Assembly: GCA_903932145.1 (NCBI GenBank)
Contig: CAIZFE010000051.1
Coordinates: 4,173-68,172, forward strand
DNA from: an uncultured Rhodopila sp.
GTDB lineage: Bacteria > Pseudomonadota > Alphaproteobacteria > Acetobacterales > Acetobacteraceae
Direction: 5' to 3'
DNA: 64,000 nucleotides
Numbering within the stretch: the first letter of the stretch is position 1; each line of letters starts with the position of its first letter. This document shows positions 49,837-59,426 of this stretch, piece after piece. The position numbers and the translations under genes are program-made. Under the pieces are notes generated by a model. The model made no database searches and was not told the origin of the DNA. It saw only the letters and a program-made list of their open reading frames with translations.

Positions 49837-52800
49837 CTACACCGGTTCTGAATCTCCATCCGCGTCCAGCAGTTCCGCCACACGGGCGGCCAGAACATGC
49901 GCTTGAATCGGCTTACGCAACAAAGAAAAAGTGCCGCCACCCGCCGTATCGACGGCAATGTCCGCGGCGCTGGTCGAAAAGCCGGTCAGCAGAATCGCCG
50001 GTAAACCCGGCCGGCGCCGCTGCGCCTCCTGGATCAGCGAAACCCCGTCCATGTCCGGCATCGACAGATCAGACACAAGAACATCCACACCCTCGTTGCG
50101 ATCGAGCACAGCCAGGGCGGCTGCGGCGGACTCGACCGCCAGCACAGTGAAGCCCTCTAATTCCATCAGGTCAGAGGTCAGCTCCCGCACAATGCGATCA
50201 TCATCCACCAGTAACAGGCGCCAGCCGGTCGGCCTTGCGGCGGCCAACGCGACATCGACCGGCATCGCATCGCCGGGCGGCACAGACCGGGTGATCGGGA
50301 ACCAAAGTGTAACCGTTGTGCCTTGCCCCAACGTGCTGGCGATATAGAATCCGCCGCCGCTCTGTTCCGCGAAACCGCGCGCCATCGCAAGTCCGAGGCC
50401 GGTGCCCTTGCCGGTTGGCTTCGTGGTGAAGAAAGGTTCCGACGCATGAGCAAGAGTCTCAGCGTTCATTCCCGTCCCGGTATCCGACACCGAAAGGCGG
50501 ACATACAAGCCAGCCGAAAGGCGCCCTTGATGCTCAGCGACCTGGTCGGGCCGGACGATATCTGGTGTCGCCGCCAGGATCAGCGTCCCAATGCCTGACA
50601 TCGCGTCGCGGCCGTTCGTCGCGAGATTGACCAGGACCGTTTCCAATTGTCCTTTGTCGACCAGCACGCGCGGCAGGTCCGGCGCCGGGTCCACAACGAC
50701 CTTCACACCATCGCCAAGCGTGTGCAACAGGATCTCGCGGATATCGGCGAGAAGTGCGGCCGGCTCCACCGGCTCCGCCCGCAGGTCGCCGCGACGCGAG
50801 AAGCCAAGCAGGCGTCGTGTGACAGAGGCTCCACGCTCCGCGGCTTCAAGCATCATGCCAGCCAGATAGCGCACCCCGTCAGCGTCATTCGGGCGCTTCT
50901 CCAACAGCGCGCACCCGGCTTCTACTGCCTGCAAAACGTTGTTGAAATCGTGGGCGATGCCGCCCGCAAGTTGCCCCAGTGCCTCCATCCGCTGCGCCCG
51001 TGCCAGACTTGTCTGGGTGGCTTGCAGGTCCTTGGTCCGCTCCGCGATCAGGCGTTCGAGTTCGTCACGCGACCGCGCCAGGGTTTCACGGGCCGCGACC
51101 GTGTCCTCGATATCAGTGCAGGTGCCAAACCAACGCAGTATCTCTCCAGTTTGCTCGTCACGCACGGCAACCGCGCGACCAAGCATGCATCGATAGCTTC
51201 CGTTGGCCATGCGGAGCCGATATTCGCTTTCGAAGGAATCCCCGGTCGCCAAAGAATGTTGCCAGGCGGCCTGCGCCCGGGACTGATCATCGGGGTGCAA
51301 AACCTTTATCCAGCCGTCGCCCTCGATTTGCTGCCGCGTGGTGCCGGTCAGGTCATACCAACGCTGATTAAAATAGTCGCGAAATCCATCCGGCCGCGCT
51401 GCCCACACCATCTGCGGCAACGCGTCGGTGATCGCGCGAAGTCGCAATTCGCTGTCTCGAAGGGCTGCCTCCGCCTGCTTGCGTTCGGTGATGTCGGCCA
51501 AAACGCCGGCCAATTGGTTGGGCTTTCCGGCTTCGTTGAGGGCGCGTCCCCGCGATTCGATCCAATGGACGCTGCCATCCGGCCAGATAACCCGATACTC
51601 GGCGCGGACATCCCCGCTGGTTTGATTTGCACCCGCGATGGTCAATCTCACGCGCTCACGATCGTCCGGATGAATCATCGAACGGATATGCTCATATGTG
51701 ATCGTCTCGGTGTGACCCAGCCCCAACAGTGCTTTGGTTATTTCCGAGCACCGTACCTCCTTCGTGGCGAGGTTGAGTTCCCACGCCCCCAGGCGGCCGG
51801 CACGCAGGGAGAAACTCAACCGCTCCTCGGTTTCATGATGTGTTGCCTCGGCGGCAAGCTGCTCAGTCAAATCCAGGATAAATCCTGCCGCCTGGCCGCT
51901 GGCCTTACTCGTCAGACTGAAAGACACCAAAACTGGCACAAGGGTGCCGTCCGCTCGCAGGTATTGCTTTTCGTATGGCGTGCACTGGCCGGTTCGCAAT
52001 GCCTCGGCACATGCCGTTTGGTCAGCCTCGACCCATTGGTCCGGCGTCATGTCGGTCCATTTGAACCCGTCACCCGACAGGTCCGCGCGGGTGCGGCCGA
52101 TAATGGCCAAAAATGCGTCGTTGGCCTCATGCACCTGCCCGTCGATGTCGAAAATGATGATGCCGATCGGGCTGTTGTCGATCAGGGCACGGGCATTGCG
52201 GGTGGCCTCCTCGCGTTCGGCAAATGTCTTAACCAGCAACGCCGCGAACGCATCCGCCTCCCTCAAACCGCTTGATGTCATTGGTGTCGCGCTGGTTCCC
52301 CCAATCCGCGCGGCGGTGCCCAGCGCGCTGTCGAAGGCCCTGACGATTCTATGGGCGCCCCTGATCGCCAACATGAGGCCACAGAGGAGTACTGACAGAC
52401 CGATCAGGGCCGACCGCAGGATCGAGTCTCGGAGAGGCGCAAGGAACACCTGCTCGGGCACGTCGATCTTCAGGATGTAACCCGTTTCCGGAGCCCTGGC
52501 GAAGGCAGTGATCGCCGGGACTTTCTCCAGTGTAACAGTGCCGGGCGGTGCGAGACCGGACTGCGAGGCCAGAACCGCGTTCAAGGCGGATGTCACGGGA
52601 GATTGACCGACGGTTTGGGCGTCGTGCAGCGAGCGCGCCACGGTGATGCCTTTCCGATCCAACACCGATGCCGATCCTCCCACCGGGAATCCCGCTTGGT
52701 TGACGATCGCGATCAGGCGTTCCCGCGGGATCGAAATACCGATACCCCCGACCACGGCGGCCCACCCACCGGCTGGCGGCGTTGGCGCAAAAACGGGCAC

Positions 52801-52959
52801 CGCGAGACCCACGGTCAGCGCACCGGAGGTGGGAGCGATAAAAAAGATCAGAGATTTTCGGCACCCCCTCCGCGATCGCTGCCAGGCCGAAAGACGTCGC
52901 ATGCAGTCCGGTTCGCCGTTCGCCCGGTGCCCATGCGGTGTGCAGCAACCAGGCACCAT
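49837..52959 (-). CDS. Hybrid sensor histidine kinase / response regulator (periplasmic Cache-like sensor, 3 PAS, HisKA, HATPase_c, REC); C-terminal 1040 aa of a gene interrupted by a frameshift
   Basis: H-box GGIAHDFNNVLQAV. HATPase G1/G2 boxes (DTGTGM; GTGLGLAMARGF). REC (LLLVDDDRIVREL...VSDLSMPDMDGV). PAS repeats. The N-terminal continuation is in another frame. Confidence 0.85.
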   Translation of the reverse strand: MVPGCCTPHGHRANGEPDCMRRLSAWQRSRRGCRKSLIFFIAPTSGALTVGLAVPVFAPTPPAGGWAAVVGGIGISIPRERLIAIVNQAGFPVGGSASVLDRKGITVARSLHDAQTVGQSPVTSALNAVLASQSGLAPPGTVTLEKVPAITAFARAPETGYILKIDVPEQVFLAPLRDSILRSALIGLSVLLCGLMLAIRGAHRIVRAFDSALGTAARIGGTSATPMTSSGLREADAFAALLVKTFAEREEATRNARALIDNSPIGIIIFDIDGQVHEANDAFLAIIGRTRADLSGDGFKWTDMTPDQWVEADQTACAEALRTGQCTPYEKQYLRADGTLVPVLVSFSLTSKASGQAAGFILDLTEQLAAEATHHETEERLSFSLRAGRLGAWELNLATKEVRCSEITKALLGLGHTETITYEHIRSMIHPDDRERVRLTIAGANQTSGDVRAEYRVIWPDGSVHWIESRGRALNEAGKPNQLAGVLADITERKQAEAALRDSELRLRAITDALPQMVWAARPDGFRDYFNQRWYDLTGTTRQQIEGDGWIKVLHPDDQSRAQAAWQHSLATGDSFESEYRLRMANGSYRCMLGRAVAVRDEQTGEILRWFGTCTDIEDTVAARETLARSRDELERLIAERTKDLQATQTSLARAQRMEALGQLAGGIAHDFNNVLQAVEAGCALLEKRPNDADGVRYLAGMMLEAAERGASVTRRLLGFSRRGDLRAEPVEPAALLADIREILLHTLGDGVKVVVDPAPDLPRVLVDKGQLETVLVNLATNGRDAMSGIGTLILAATPDIVRPDQVAEHQGRLSAGLYVRLSVSDTGTGMNAETLAHASEPFFTTKPTGKGTGLGLAMARGFAEQSGGGFYIASTLGQGTTVTLWFPITRSVPPGDAMPVDVALAAARPTGWRLLLVDDDRIVRELTSDLMELEGFTVLAVESAAAALAVLDRNEGVDVLVSDLSMPDMDGVSLIQEAQRRRPGLPAILLTGFSTSAADIAVDTAGGGTFSLLRKPIQAHVLAARVAELLDADGDSEPV

Positions 52960-53305
52960 CAGCGCCTATGAAGCTCAATACCGGACGGGGTGCTCCCGGC
53001 GGCAAGTCCACTGAAAGACGGTCGCGTGCCGCGCGTAGCTGCGCTTCAAATGCGTTCAGGTCACTGCCGGCCGCGGGGGCTGCTGCCGCCAGGGTCTGGG
53101 CGACGGCCCGGGTGCGTTCAAACTCACGATCCACCAGTAATGCGACGGTCCGCGCATGTTCGACCAATTGCGTTTCGGCGGCCGACCGCTGGCTCTGGTA
53201 TTGCCACCAGAGCGCTCCCGCGCCCAGCAGCATGAGCGGCAACGCAACAACCGCGACGAGGGCGACCAGACTGCCGGTGAGTGACACGCCCGATCGGCGA
53301 AACAC
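52841..53305 (-). other. N-terminal fragment of the same histidine kinase (TM1 + start of Cache-like sensor), displaced by a frameshift in a poly-T run near 52845
   Basis: Frame of ORF 52349..53572 encodes VFRRSGVSLTGSLVALVAVVALPLMLLGAGALWWQYQ...HTAWAPGE...LAAIAEGVPKISDLF. It then switches frame within cttttttat (52841-52849) to ...LIFFIAPTSGALTVGLAVP... of the main ORF. Putative GTG start 53305. Confidence 0.5.
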
Positions 53306-53781
53306 TGGAGCGCCCGATCCGAAATTCCCGAAGAGAGCAGCCAAACGGCTCCCTACTGGTCGTCGTGCGAATACGGCTTTCCAGTTGCCTGACCTTGGCG
53401 AGGGTACGAACGCCGGGTGAGTCCCGGCCTTTGGATCCGCCGCTGCGAAACCTTCGTGCCCTGAACCGCTCTTATTCGCCCGGGGATGCCCCATGATTTT
53501 GAAGTCATGCGCTTTCCATGCCAAAACGACAAGGCAATTCCAATTATCAATCAATCTGAGAAAATTGCTCAAACTTTGTCACAAAATGATAAAATTGGTT
53601 CCTATCGTGTTATGCCAATCGGCGATGACATTGACTGACGGCCGTTCCACAGCGTTATGGCCAGGCTTGTCCGGGCCATGACACGATGGGCAATATTTCG
53701 ACTGTAAACCGGTTGGTATTATCCGACATTCCCGTCCACCGCTGGTGGACGGGACGCATGCGAAACGGGTGCGGCGACACG

Positions 53782-54420
53782 TCACCCCGGTTTTGAACCT
53801 GTCAACAAGTGTCCGGGAATGCTGGTCGCCAGATTGTTCTGTGCGTTGGCGAGAATTGCATTCTTGGTATTGCTGCCAATACTGGAACCCAACCAGTAGT
53901 TGGCGACCTGTGTCGCCATCGCGGCGAGTGTCCCAACCAGGATAGAGCCGAACTGGCCGTCGGTCGCACTCAGATGGCTGGTCAGCACGGAATACGTCGT
54001 CCAACCAAACGCCGCGATGATCACGACAGAAACGACCACGCTGCCATAGGCCAGCCCACTATGGGCTTTCGCCAGTTCGGTCGCCATGTCACGCGCCGAT
54101 CCGGTATCGCCCAAACGGGCTTTCAGTTCGTCCAACGCATCTTTGCGAAGCTCATCGGCCTCGGCATCCTGCTCTTTCTGCATTTGCAAATGCAGATCGG
54201 TGAGTTTTGCAGCGAGATCGTTAGCAACCTGCGGATTAGTCTGGATATGGGCGACCGCCGCGGCGGCACCACCGGGTGCACTGAGGTCGGCGACCGCCCC
54301 GACAACGGTCTGGACGACGCCAGCCACTTTCGCGGTGGCATCGGCGCCTTTCGATCCGAAGATCATGCCGGCGAGTTGCGGTGCCAAACTCAGCACCATG
54401 GGGATCAAGAGTGCAAACAT
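53782..54420 (-). CDS. 3-TM holin of the GTA/prophage type (holin of 3TMs for gene-transfer release)
   Basis: 212 aa. N-terminal MFALLIPMVLSLAPQLAGMIFG. Central coiled-coil-like region, C-terminal TM helices. Directly downstream of the endolysin gene. Confidence 0.55.
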   Translation of the reverse strand: MFALLIPMVLSLAPQLAGMIFGSKGADATAKVAGVVQTVVGAVADLSAPGGAAAAVAHIQTNPQVANDLAAKLTDLHLQMQKEQDAEADELRKDALDELKARLGDTGSARDMATELAKAHSGLAYGSVVVSVVIIAAFGWTTYSVLTSHLSATDGQFGSILVGTLAAMATQVANYWLGSSIGSNTKNAILANAQNNLATSIPGHLLTGSKPG

Positions 54421-54421
54421 A

Positions 54422-55228
54422 CTAAGCTCCTAATGCATGCAGCGCGGCCTCGCACAGGCGGTTTCGCTCCGCCGCGCCGTTCGTGCCGCCGTTGATTTTG
54501 CGGGTAATGAGATCGAGCGACCAGGAATTGGCCAGAGTGTTCAATTGGTTGGCGGTCCAGAACCAGGCCGCGCTATCGGCGGCTCCGTCGCGGGTGGCGG
54601 CGTGCTGCACTGCCTGATCCAAAGTCATGGCCATGGAGGTCGAAAAATGTTCGTAGGCGGATCGGCCGGTGATCTGGATCAGTCCACGACCGCGAAACCG
54701 CCAGCCGTCGCCGGAGGCCTCGTTACCGTTGCCCATGCGATCGGCATAGACCCGGTTGGCGAGCGCTTCGGGCTTCAATGCGCACGGTTCCGCTGCTTCG
54801 GTGCTGGGGAACCGGCCGGGCCAAACCTGACACAGTCGTGCCGCGCTGTAGCTGAGGTCTTCCTCCAGTTCGCGGAAGCCGCCGCTTTCGAACGCGCACT
54901 GCCCCAGGAAGGCCGCAACGCAGCGTGGTCCGGTGATACCGGCCTTGCGCAACGGTTCTGCCAGGGAAGCGACCCAGGCGGCACGTTCCTCGGCGGCGAG
55001 ATGCGGGGCCACCGCGCGCATTGCCTGATCGAGGCGATCCCCGGACGCGGGCGGCGGTATTGTGGTCAGCAGCGTGACAGCGGCGGCGACGGCTGGATCG
55101 GGTGAGGGCTGCTGAAACAGTGTTTCGTAGATGTTTGATGAGGCGGACACAGAGGGGGCCTTCAAATGAAGTGCTGGAATGCAACCGTTACGGCTCGTCC
55201 TGGTTCGGGTTGTCCGTATGGGCATCAA
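54422..55228 (-). CDS. Glycoside hydrolase family 19-like lysozyme (endolysin)
   Basis: GH19/chitinase-like catalytic motifs (AAFLGQCAFESGGF...YSAARL; GDGWRFRGRGLIQITGR.AY). Alternative internal start ATG 55021 (MRAVAPHL...). Confidence 0.7.
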   Translation of the reverse strand: MMPIRTTRTRTSRNGCIPALHLKAPSVSASSNIYETLFQQPSPDPAVAAAVTLLTTIPPPASGDRLDQAMRAVAPHLAAEERAAWVASLAEPLRKAGITGPRCVAAFLGQCAFESGGFRELEEDLSYSAARLCQVWPGRFPSTEAAEPCALKPEALANRVYADRMGNGNEASGDGWRFRGRGLIQITGRSAYEHFSTSMAMTLDQAVQHAATRDGAADSAAWFWTANQLNTLANSWSLDLITRKINGGTNGAAERNRLCEAALHALGA

Positions 55229-55576
55229 ATTAGGCAGCGGATGGAGATAAATTTCTTATTTATCATCACCAGATTTGGTCCGGCCACCCGGGACTTTGCT
55301 TGGGCAGGGCAGCAAGTCGTGGGTGACCGGGCCAAGCCCGGTCATGACGGAGAGGAAAAAGCAGCGTCCGGAGAGTCTCTGCCCACCGCTCAATACCAAT
55401 GGCCGTCGAGCCCGAACCTCGCCCCTCATCCTCCTGGCCCGGCTAGTCCGGGCCACGACGAAATTAAAATATAGTCAAATCGAACATACTCTATTGAAGC
55501 GGCCAAAAATACAATGTGAATAAAATCACAAAACGCGACCAATGTCAACTCATTTTCGAAACTTCGCCATCCCGTG

Positions 55577-55927
55577 TCAGAACATCTCCTCACCATGGTG
55601 GCGATCCGCGTCGGGAAAATCCCGGTACAGCCCGAAAATCGCATTATGAACCAGGCTGTTAACGCCGTGATGGACGGACTCCGCCGGCTCCCGTCGCGAA
55701 GCCACATGGTGAAACGCTCGGTCGAGCTGCGCCATGTCCTTGGTTTCTATGACGATGTGGAACTCGCCGAGACCGGGCGGACCCAAACCGAGCTTGCGGC
55801 GTGTCAACCGCCAGTCCTCGATCAGGCCTTGGTGCTTGAGGTGGCTCATATAGGCGGCCACCTTGTCGGCAAATTGCAGATCCCCGGTGCCGGGCTTCAG
55901 GTCGCACCAGATATGATACAAATCCAT
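55577..55927 (-). CDS. Hypothetical protein (about 117 aa)
   Basis: Conserved-looking C-terminal part of ORF 55577..56353 (MDLYHIWCDLKPGTGDLQFADKVAAYM...). The upstream part of that ORF is Arg-rich junk overlapping the next gene. Confidence 0.35.
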   Translation of the reverse strand: MDLYHIWCDLKPGTGDLQFADKVAAYMSHLKHQGLIEDWRLTRRKLGLGPPGLGEFHIVIETKDMAQLDRAFHHVASRREPAESVHHGVNSLVHNAIFGLYRDFPDADRHHGEEMF

Positions 55928-55938
55928 TGGCGCGCGTC

Positions 55939-56754
55939 TTACTCTTTGCGACCAAACGCAACGAACGCGGCGAGCGGGATCGCCAGACCGTCCTCGTCCC
56001 GGTAAGCCTCGGCCGCCCCGTCGATATCGGCGATGATCGCGGGCATTGCGTCCACGGCCTGAGCCTCGATGAGCGCGGCCATCCGCGCAGTGCCGGATCG
56101 CAGCGCGGCCAACAACGCCGGGCCATCCGGTTGACGCCAAACGCCGGCCAGTTTGTGCGTTCCGATACCGGAGAAACCTGCTTGCTCCAGCGCGGCCGCA
56201 CAGTCGTCCGGGGTGCCGAAGCCTCCACCCGGCGCGGGCGCTTGCGATGCTGCCATATCCCCGCATCGCCGGATCGCGTCGAACACAAGTTTCCACGCCA
56301 CGTTCTCGGCCGGCGCGGCCCATATGGTGAAAGCCAATGTCCCGCCTGGACACAAAACCCGATGCGCCTGCCTCAGGGCGAGGATCGGCCGTGGCACATG
56401 GTGAATGCCGAAATTGGACACCACCGACGTGAAACTACCATCCGGGTAGGGCAACGCCTCGGCGTCACCCTGCTCGAACACAATACCTGGATGCAGGGCA
56501 CGCGCGACGCCCAGCATGGCGGCGGAAAAGTCCAGCCCTCGCGCCACGGCGCCACGATCCGCCGCCGCCGCGGCAACAAAGCCGGGACCGCACGCCACAT
56601 CCAGCACCGAGGTACCGGCACCGACATTCCCCGCGTCCAGCACCCCGGGAATGAACGGCCGCGTCGCGGTGGCGAATGTACGTTCGTACGTGTTCGCCGC
56701 CCGCTCCCATCCCGCGTGTTCAAAAACCCGGATCGCTTCAGCGTCGGGCGTCAT
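55939..56754 (-). CDS. Class I SAM-dependent methyltransferase (UbiE/COQ5-like)
   Basis: Motif I VLDVACGPG and motif post-I. 271 aa. Confidence 0.8.
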   Translation of the reverse strand: MTPDAEAIRVFEHAGWERAANTYERTFATATRPFIPGVLDAGNVGAGTSVLDVACGPGFVAAAAADRGAVARGLDFSAAMLGVARALHPGIVFEQGDAEALPYPDGSFTSVVSNFGIHHVPRPILALRQAHRVLCPGGTLAFTIWAAPAENVAWKLVFDAIRRCGDMAASQAPAPGGGFGTPDDCAAALEQAGFSGIGTHKLAGVWRQPDGPALLAALRSGTARMAALIEAQAVDAMPAIIADIDGAAEAYRDEDGLAIPLAAFVAFGRKE

Positions 56755-57752
56755 CAGTAGGTCCGGAACATGTGCATGATGGTTTCCGGATCGTCCGTGC
56801 GCGTCAGCGCCAGTGTCAACAGGATGCGGGCCTTTTGCGGATTGAGATTGTCGGCAATCAGGAACCCCGACTTCTCCAGCTTCGTCCCCCGAAACGTTCG
56901 CCCCGAACCCGCTCGCGTCGATTGCACAACCACAATGCCCTGACGGGCCGCCTCGGTCAGGGCCTCGATTTCGCCGGGAGGGCAGAACCCGGGAGCGAAC
57001 CCTGCGGCGACGATCCCGCGCGCCCCCGCCGCGATAAACGCCCGCACCGCGACGCCGTCCCCGCCAGCATAGGAATACGAGATATCGACGCGCGGCAGTT
57101 CGTCCATCTCGGAAATGTCGAACTCGGTATCGGGGGCATGGCGGCGGATCGGGCGGCGATAGAACGCCACCTCGTCGCCGTCCGCGTGCCCGAGCACGCC
57201 AAAATCCGGGGTCCGAAACGTCTGCAACCGCAGCGTGGAGGTCTTCGTCACCTCCCGCGCCGCATGAATCTCGTCGTTCATGACGACCAAAACGCCCATG
57301 TCGCGGGCATCCGGGCTGGCAGCGACACGGAGTGCGTTCACCAGATTCAAGCCGGCGTCACTGGACAACGCGCTGGACGGACGTTGGGCGCCGACAAGCA
57401 CGACCGGGATCGCGACCTTGACCGTCAGATTGAGGAAATACGCGGTTTCCTCCAGCGTCGCGGTGCCGTGGCCGATGACGATACCCGCCAGGTCGGGGTG
57501 TTCCCGCGCCAGACGGCGGCACAGAGCGGCGAGTGCTTTCCAATCGGGGTAACCGATCGACGGACTGGCGATATTGCGGTAACGCACCGCCATCACATCG
57601 GCCACCAGCGCGGTTTCCGGCCAGCGCGCCAGGATTTCGTCGGCGTGCATCACATTGCCGGTGGCGCCGTAATCCTGCAGATCGAGCGGCCCACGGCCCA
57701 TCGATGCGATCGTCCCACCGGTTCCAATGAACGCGACTTTGGGTTTGCTCAT
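56754..57752 (-). CDS. L-asparaginase (type II / glutaminase-asparaginase family)
   Basis: N-terminal IGTGGTIAS Thr-nucleophile motif, HGTDT-like motif (IGHGTATLEETAYFL). Confidence 0.85.
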   Translation of the reverse strand: MSKPKVAFIGTGGTIASMGRGPLDLQDYGATGNVMHADEILARWPETALVADVMAVRYRNIASPSIGYPDWKALAALCRRLAREHPDLAGIVIGHGTATLEETAYFLNLTVKVAIPVVLVGAQRPSSALSSDAGLNLVNALRVAASPDARDMGVLVVMNDEIHAAREVTKTSTLRLQTFRTPDFGVLGHADGDEVAFYRRPIRRHAPDTEFDISEMDELPRVDISYSYAGGDGVAVRAFIAAGARGIVAAGFAPGFCPPGEIEALTEAARQGIVVVQSTRAGSGRTFRGTKLEKSGFLIADNLNPQKARILLTLALTRTDDPETIMHMFRTY

Positions 57753-59176
57753 GCAGCGGTCTCCAGGATCGGCGGCCGAGCTTTATGCCAATCCGTATCG
57801 GTCTGGTAGGCCCCGGCGACCTGCAAGATGCGGCCTTCACCAAACGGCCGGCCAGCGATCTGCAAGCCAATCGGGCAACCGTTCGAATCGAACCCGCATG
57901 GCACGCTGATCGCCGGAAGCCCGAGATAGTTGAACGGCCGTGTGTTGGCCGACACCGCCATGAAGCGATGCTCCGTGCCGGGTGGTCCGTGGTCGATGTC
58001 GGTTGCGTCCAGCGTCGGCAGGCAGGTGCGAATGGTGGGCGTCACCAGGACATCGACCTTGGAGAACACCTCGGCCGCGAACGCCTTCAGCACTGGGCCG
58101 CGACGGCTGAGGGCCTCGATGTAATAAGCCGCCGGAATGGCATAGCCGGGATACATCCGCCCACTGATATGCGCGCCATAGGCCTGCGGGTCCGACCGCA
58201 TCCACTCGGCATGGATCGGCGCCGCCTCGGCTCGGGAGACGATGCCGCCGTACGCCGCGACCGCATCCATCAGCGGCAGGTCGAAGCGGTTGACGGTGGC
58301 GCCTCGGGCGACAAGGACCTGGAGTGCCGCTTCGATGGCGGCGATGACGGGTTCGTCCGCACCGTCGAGGAAGACGTTCGTCGGCACGCCGATTCGCAGA
58401 CCGCGCAGGTCATCGTTCATCGCCGCTTCGTATGATGGCACCGGCTCCCTGGAACTGGTTGGATCGCGGGAATCGTGGCCGGCGATGACGGTCAGGACGC
58501 GGGCGCAGTCGCGGGCGGTGCGGGCCAGCGGGCCGACGTTGTCGTGGGAGAATGACAGCGGCATCACGCCAAACCGGGACACGCGGGTCTGGGTCGGCTT
58601 AAGCCCTGTCACGCCGCACGCCGAGGCCGGCAGGCGGATCGAGCCGCCGGTATCGGACCCCAATGCCATATAGTTGAAGCGGGCGGCGACCGAGGCCCCG
58701 GACCCGGACGAGGAACCGCCGGTGATATACGGCAGGTTCCACGGATTGTGGCAGTTACCAAAAGTCTTGTTGTGGCCGGTGGGGTTCTGGGCGAACTCGG
58801 CCATGTTCAGGCCGGCGAAGGTGAAGGCTCCGGCGGCGGACAGACGCTCGATCACCGTGGCGGTTACGGTTGGCCGGTAGTCTTTTCGTAATGCCGAACC
58901 GCAGGTGCTGAGCTTGCCGGCCTGATAGTACATGTCCTTGTGCGCCGTCGGCACGCCGTGCAGTAAACCGAGCGGCTGTTTGTCGCGGACGGCGGCGTCG
59001 GCGGCGCGGGCGGCGATTTCGGCGGCCTCGCGTTCCTGCCAGATCACCGCGTTCACCTGTGGATTGACGGCGTCCAGATTGGCCCAGCACGCATGCAGCA
59101 GGTCCAGCGACGTGGCTTCGCCAGAGGCGACCGCATCGGCGGCCTGAACCAACGATAAATCGGCGAGCCCGGCCAT
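57749..59176 (-). CDS. Amidase-signature family enzyme (GatA/AtzE-like)
   Basis: 475 aa. Amidase signature GGSSSGSGASVA with Ser-cisSer-Lys triad context. Stop overlaps the asparaginase start. Start overlaps the stop of the small upstream ORF (TGATG). Confidence 0.85.
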   Translation of the reverse strand: MAGLADLSLVQAADAVASGEATSLDLLHACWANLDAVNPQVNAVIWQEREAAEIAARAADAAVRDKQPLGLLHGVPTAHKDMYYQAGKLSTCGSALRKDYRPTVTATVIERLSAAGAFTFAGLNMAEFAQNPTGHNKTFGNCHNPWNLPYITGGSSSGSGASVAARFNYMALGSDTGGSIRLPASACGVTGLKPTQTRVSRFGVMPLSFSHDNVGPLARTARDCARVLTVIAGHDSRDPTSSREPVPSYEAAMNDDLRGLRIGVPTNVFLDGADEPVIAAIEAALQVLVARGATVNRFDLPLMDAVAAYGGIVSRAEAAPIHAEWMRSDPQAYGAHISGRMYPGYAIPAAYYIEALSRRGPVLKAFAAEVFSKVDVLVTPTIRTCLPTLDATDIDHGPPGTEHRFMAVSANTRPFNYLGLPAISVPCGFDSNGCPIGLQIAGRPFGEGRILQVAGAYQTDTDWHKARPPILETAA

Positions 59177-59376
59177 CAGACAGCTTCCTTTGTCGCCTGC
59201 AAGGCCGCTTCGAAGCTGGATGGCTCGTCTTCAAACACCAGCGTGCCACGCAACGCCTCGAACGCCTCGATCGTGCCGGCCAGTTCCGCCGCTAACCGTC
59301 TGCCTGGATCATTCGGAGGGTCTATTCCAAACCATCGCGAGATCGTTGCTTCAATCGAGGTCTCGAAAGCACCCAT
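59176..59376 (-). CDS. Small GatC/AtzG-like amidase partner protein (DUF4089-like)
   Basis: 66 aa from ATG 59376 (GGAGAAA RBS). MGAFETSIEATISRWFGIDPPNDPGRRLAAELAGTIEAF... Translationally coupled to the amidase. ORF-track start 59502 unsupported. Confidence 0.5.
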   Translation of the reverse strand: MGAFETSIEATISRWFGIDPPNDPGRRLAAELAGTIEAFEALRGTLVFEDEPSSFEAALQATKEAV

Positions 59377-59426
59377 CTGTCGGTTTCTCCGGGCTGTGAT
59401 GCCCGTGAGTAGGCAACAGAAAGGCA

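Noticed and set aside
50647-52275. 542-aa plus-strand ORF inside the histidine kinase locus
   Set aside because: Antisense to recognisable PAS/HisKA/HATPase/REC domains, with shadow-ORF composition.
52349-52840. 3' portion of ORF 52349..53572 as a separate protein
   Set aside because: Downstream of the poly-T frameshift point the translation becomes Arg/Gly-rich junk. Only the part upstream of about 52841 is real histidine kinase sequence.
56676-57809. 377-aa plus-strand ORF antisense to the asparaginase (and similar ORFs 55927..56760 and 57785..58435)
   Set aside because: They overlap the well-supported asparaginase, methyltransferase and amidase genes and have Arg-rich junk translations.
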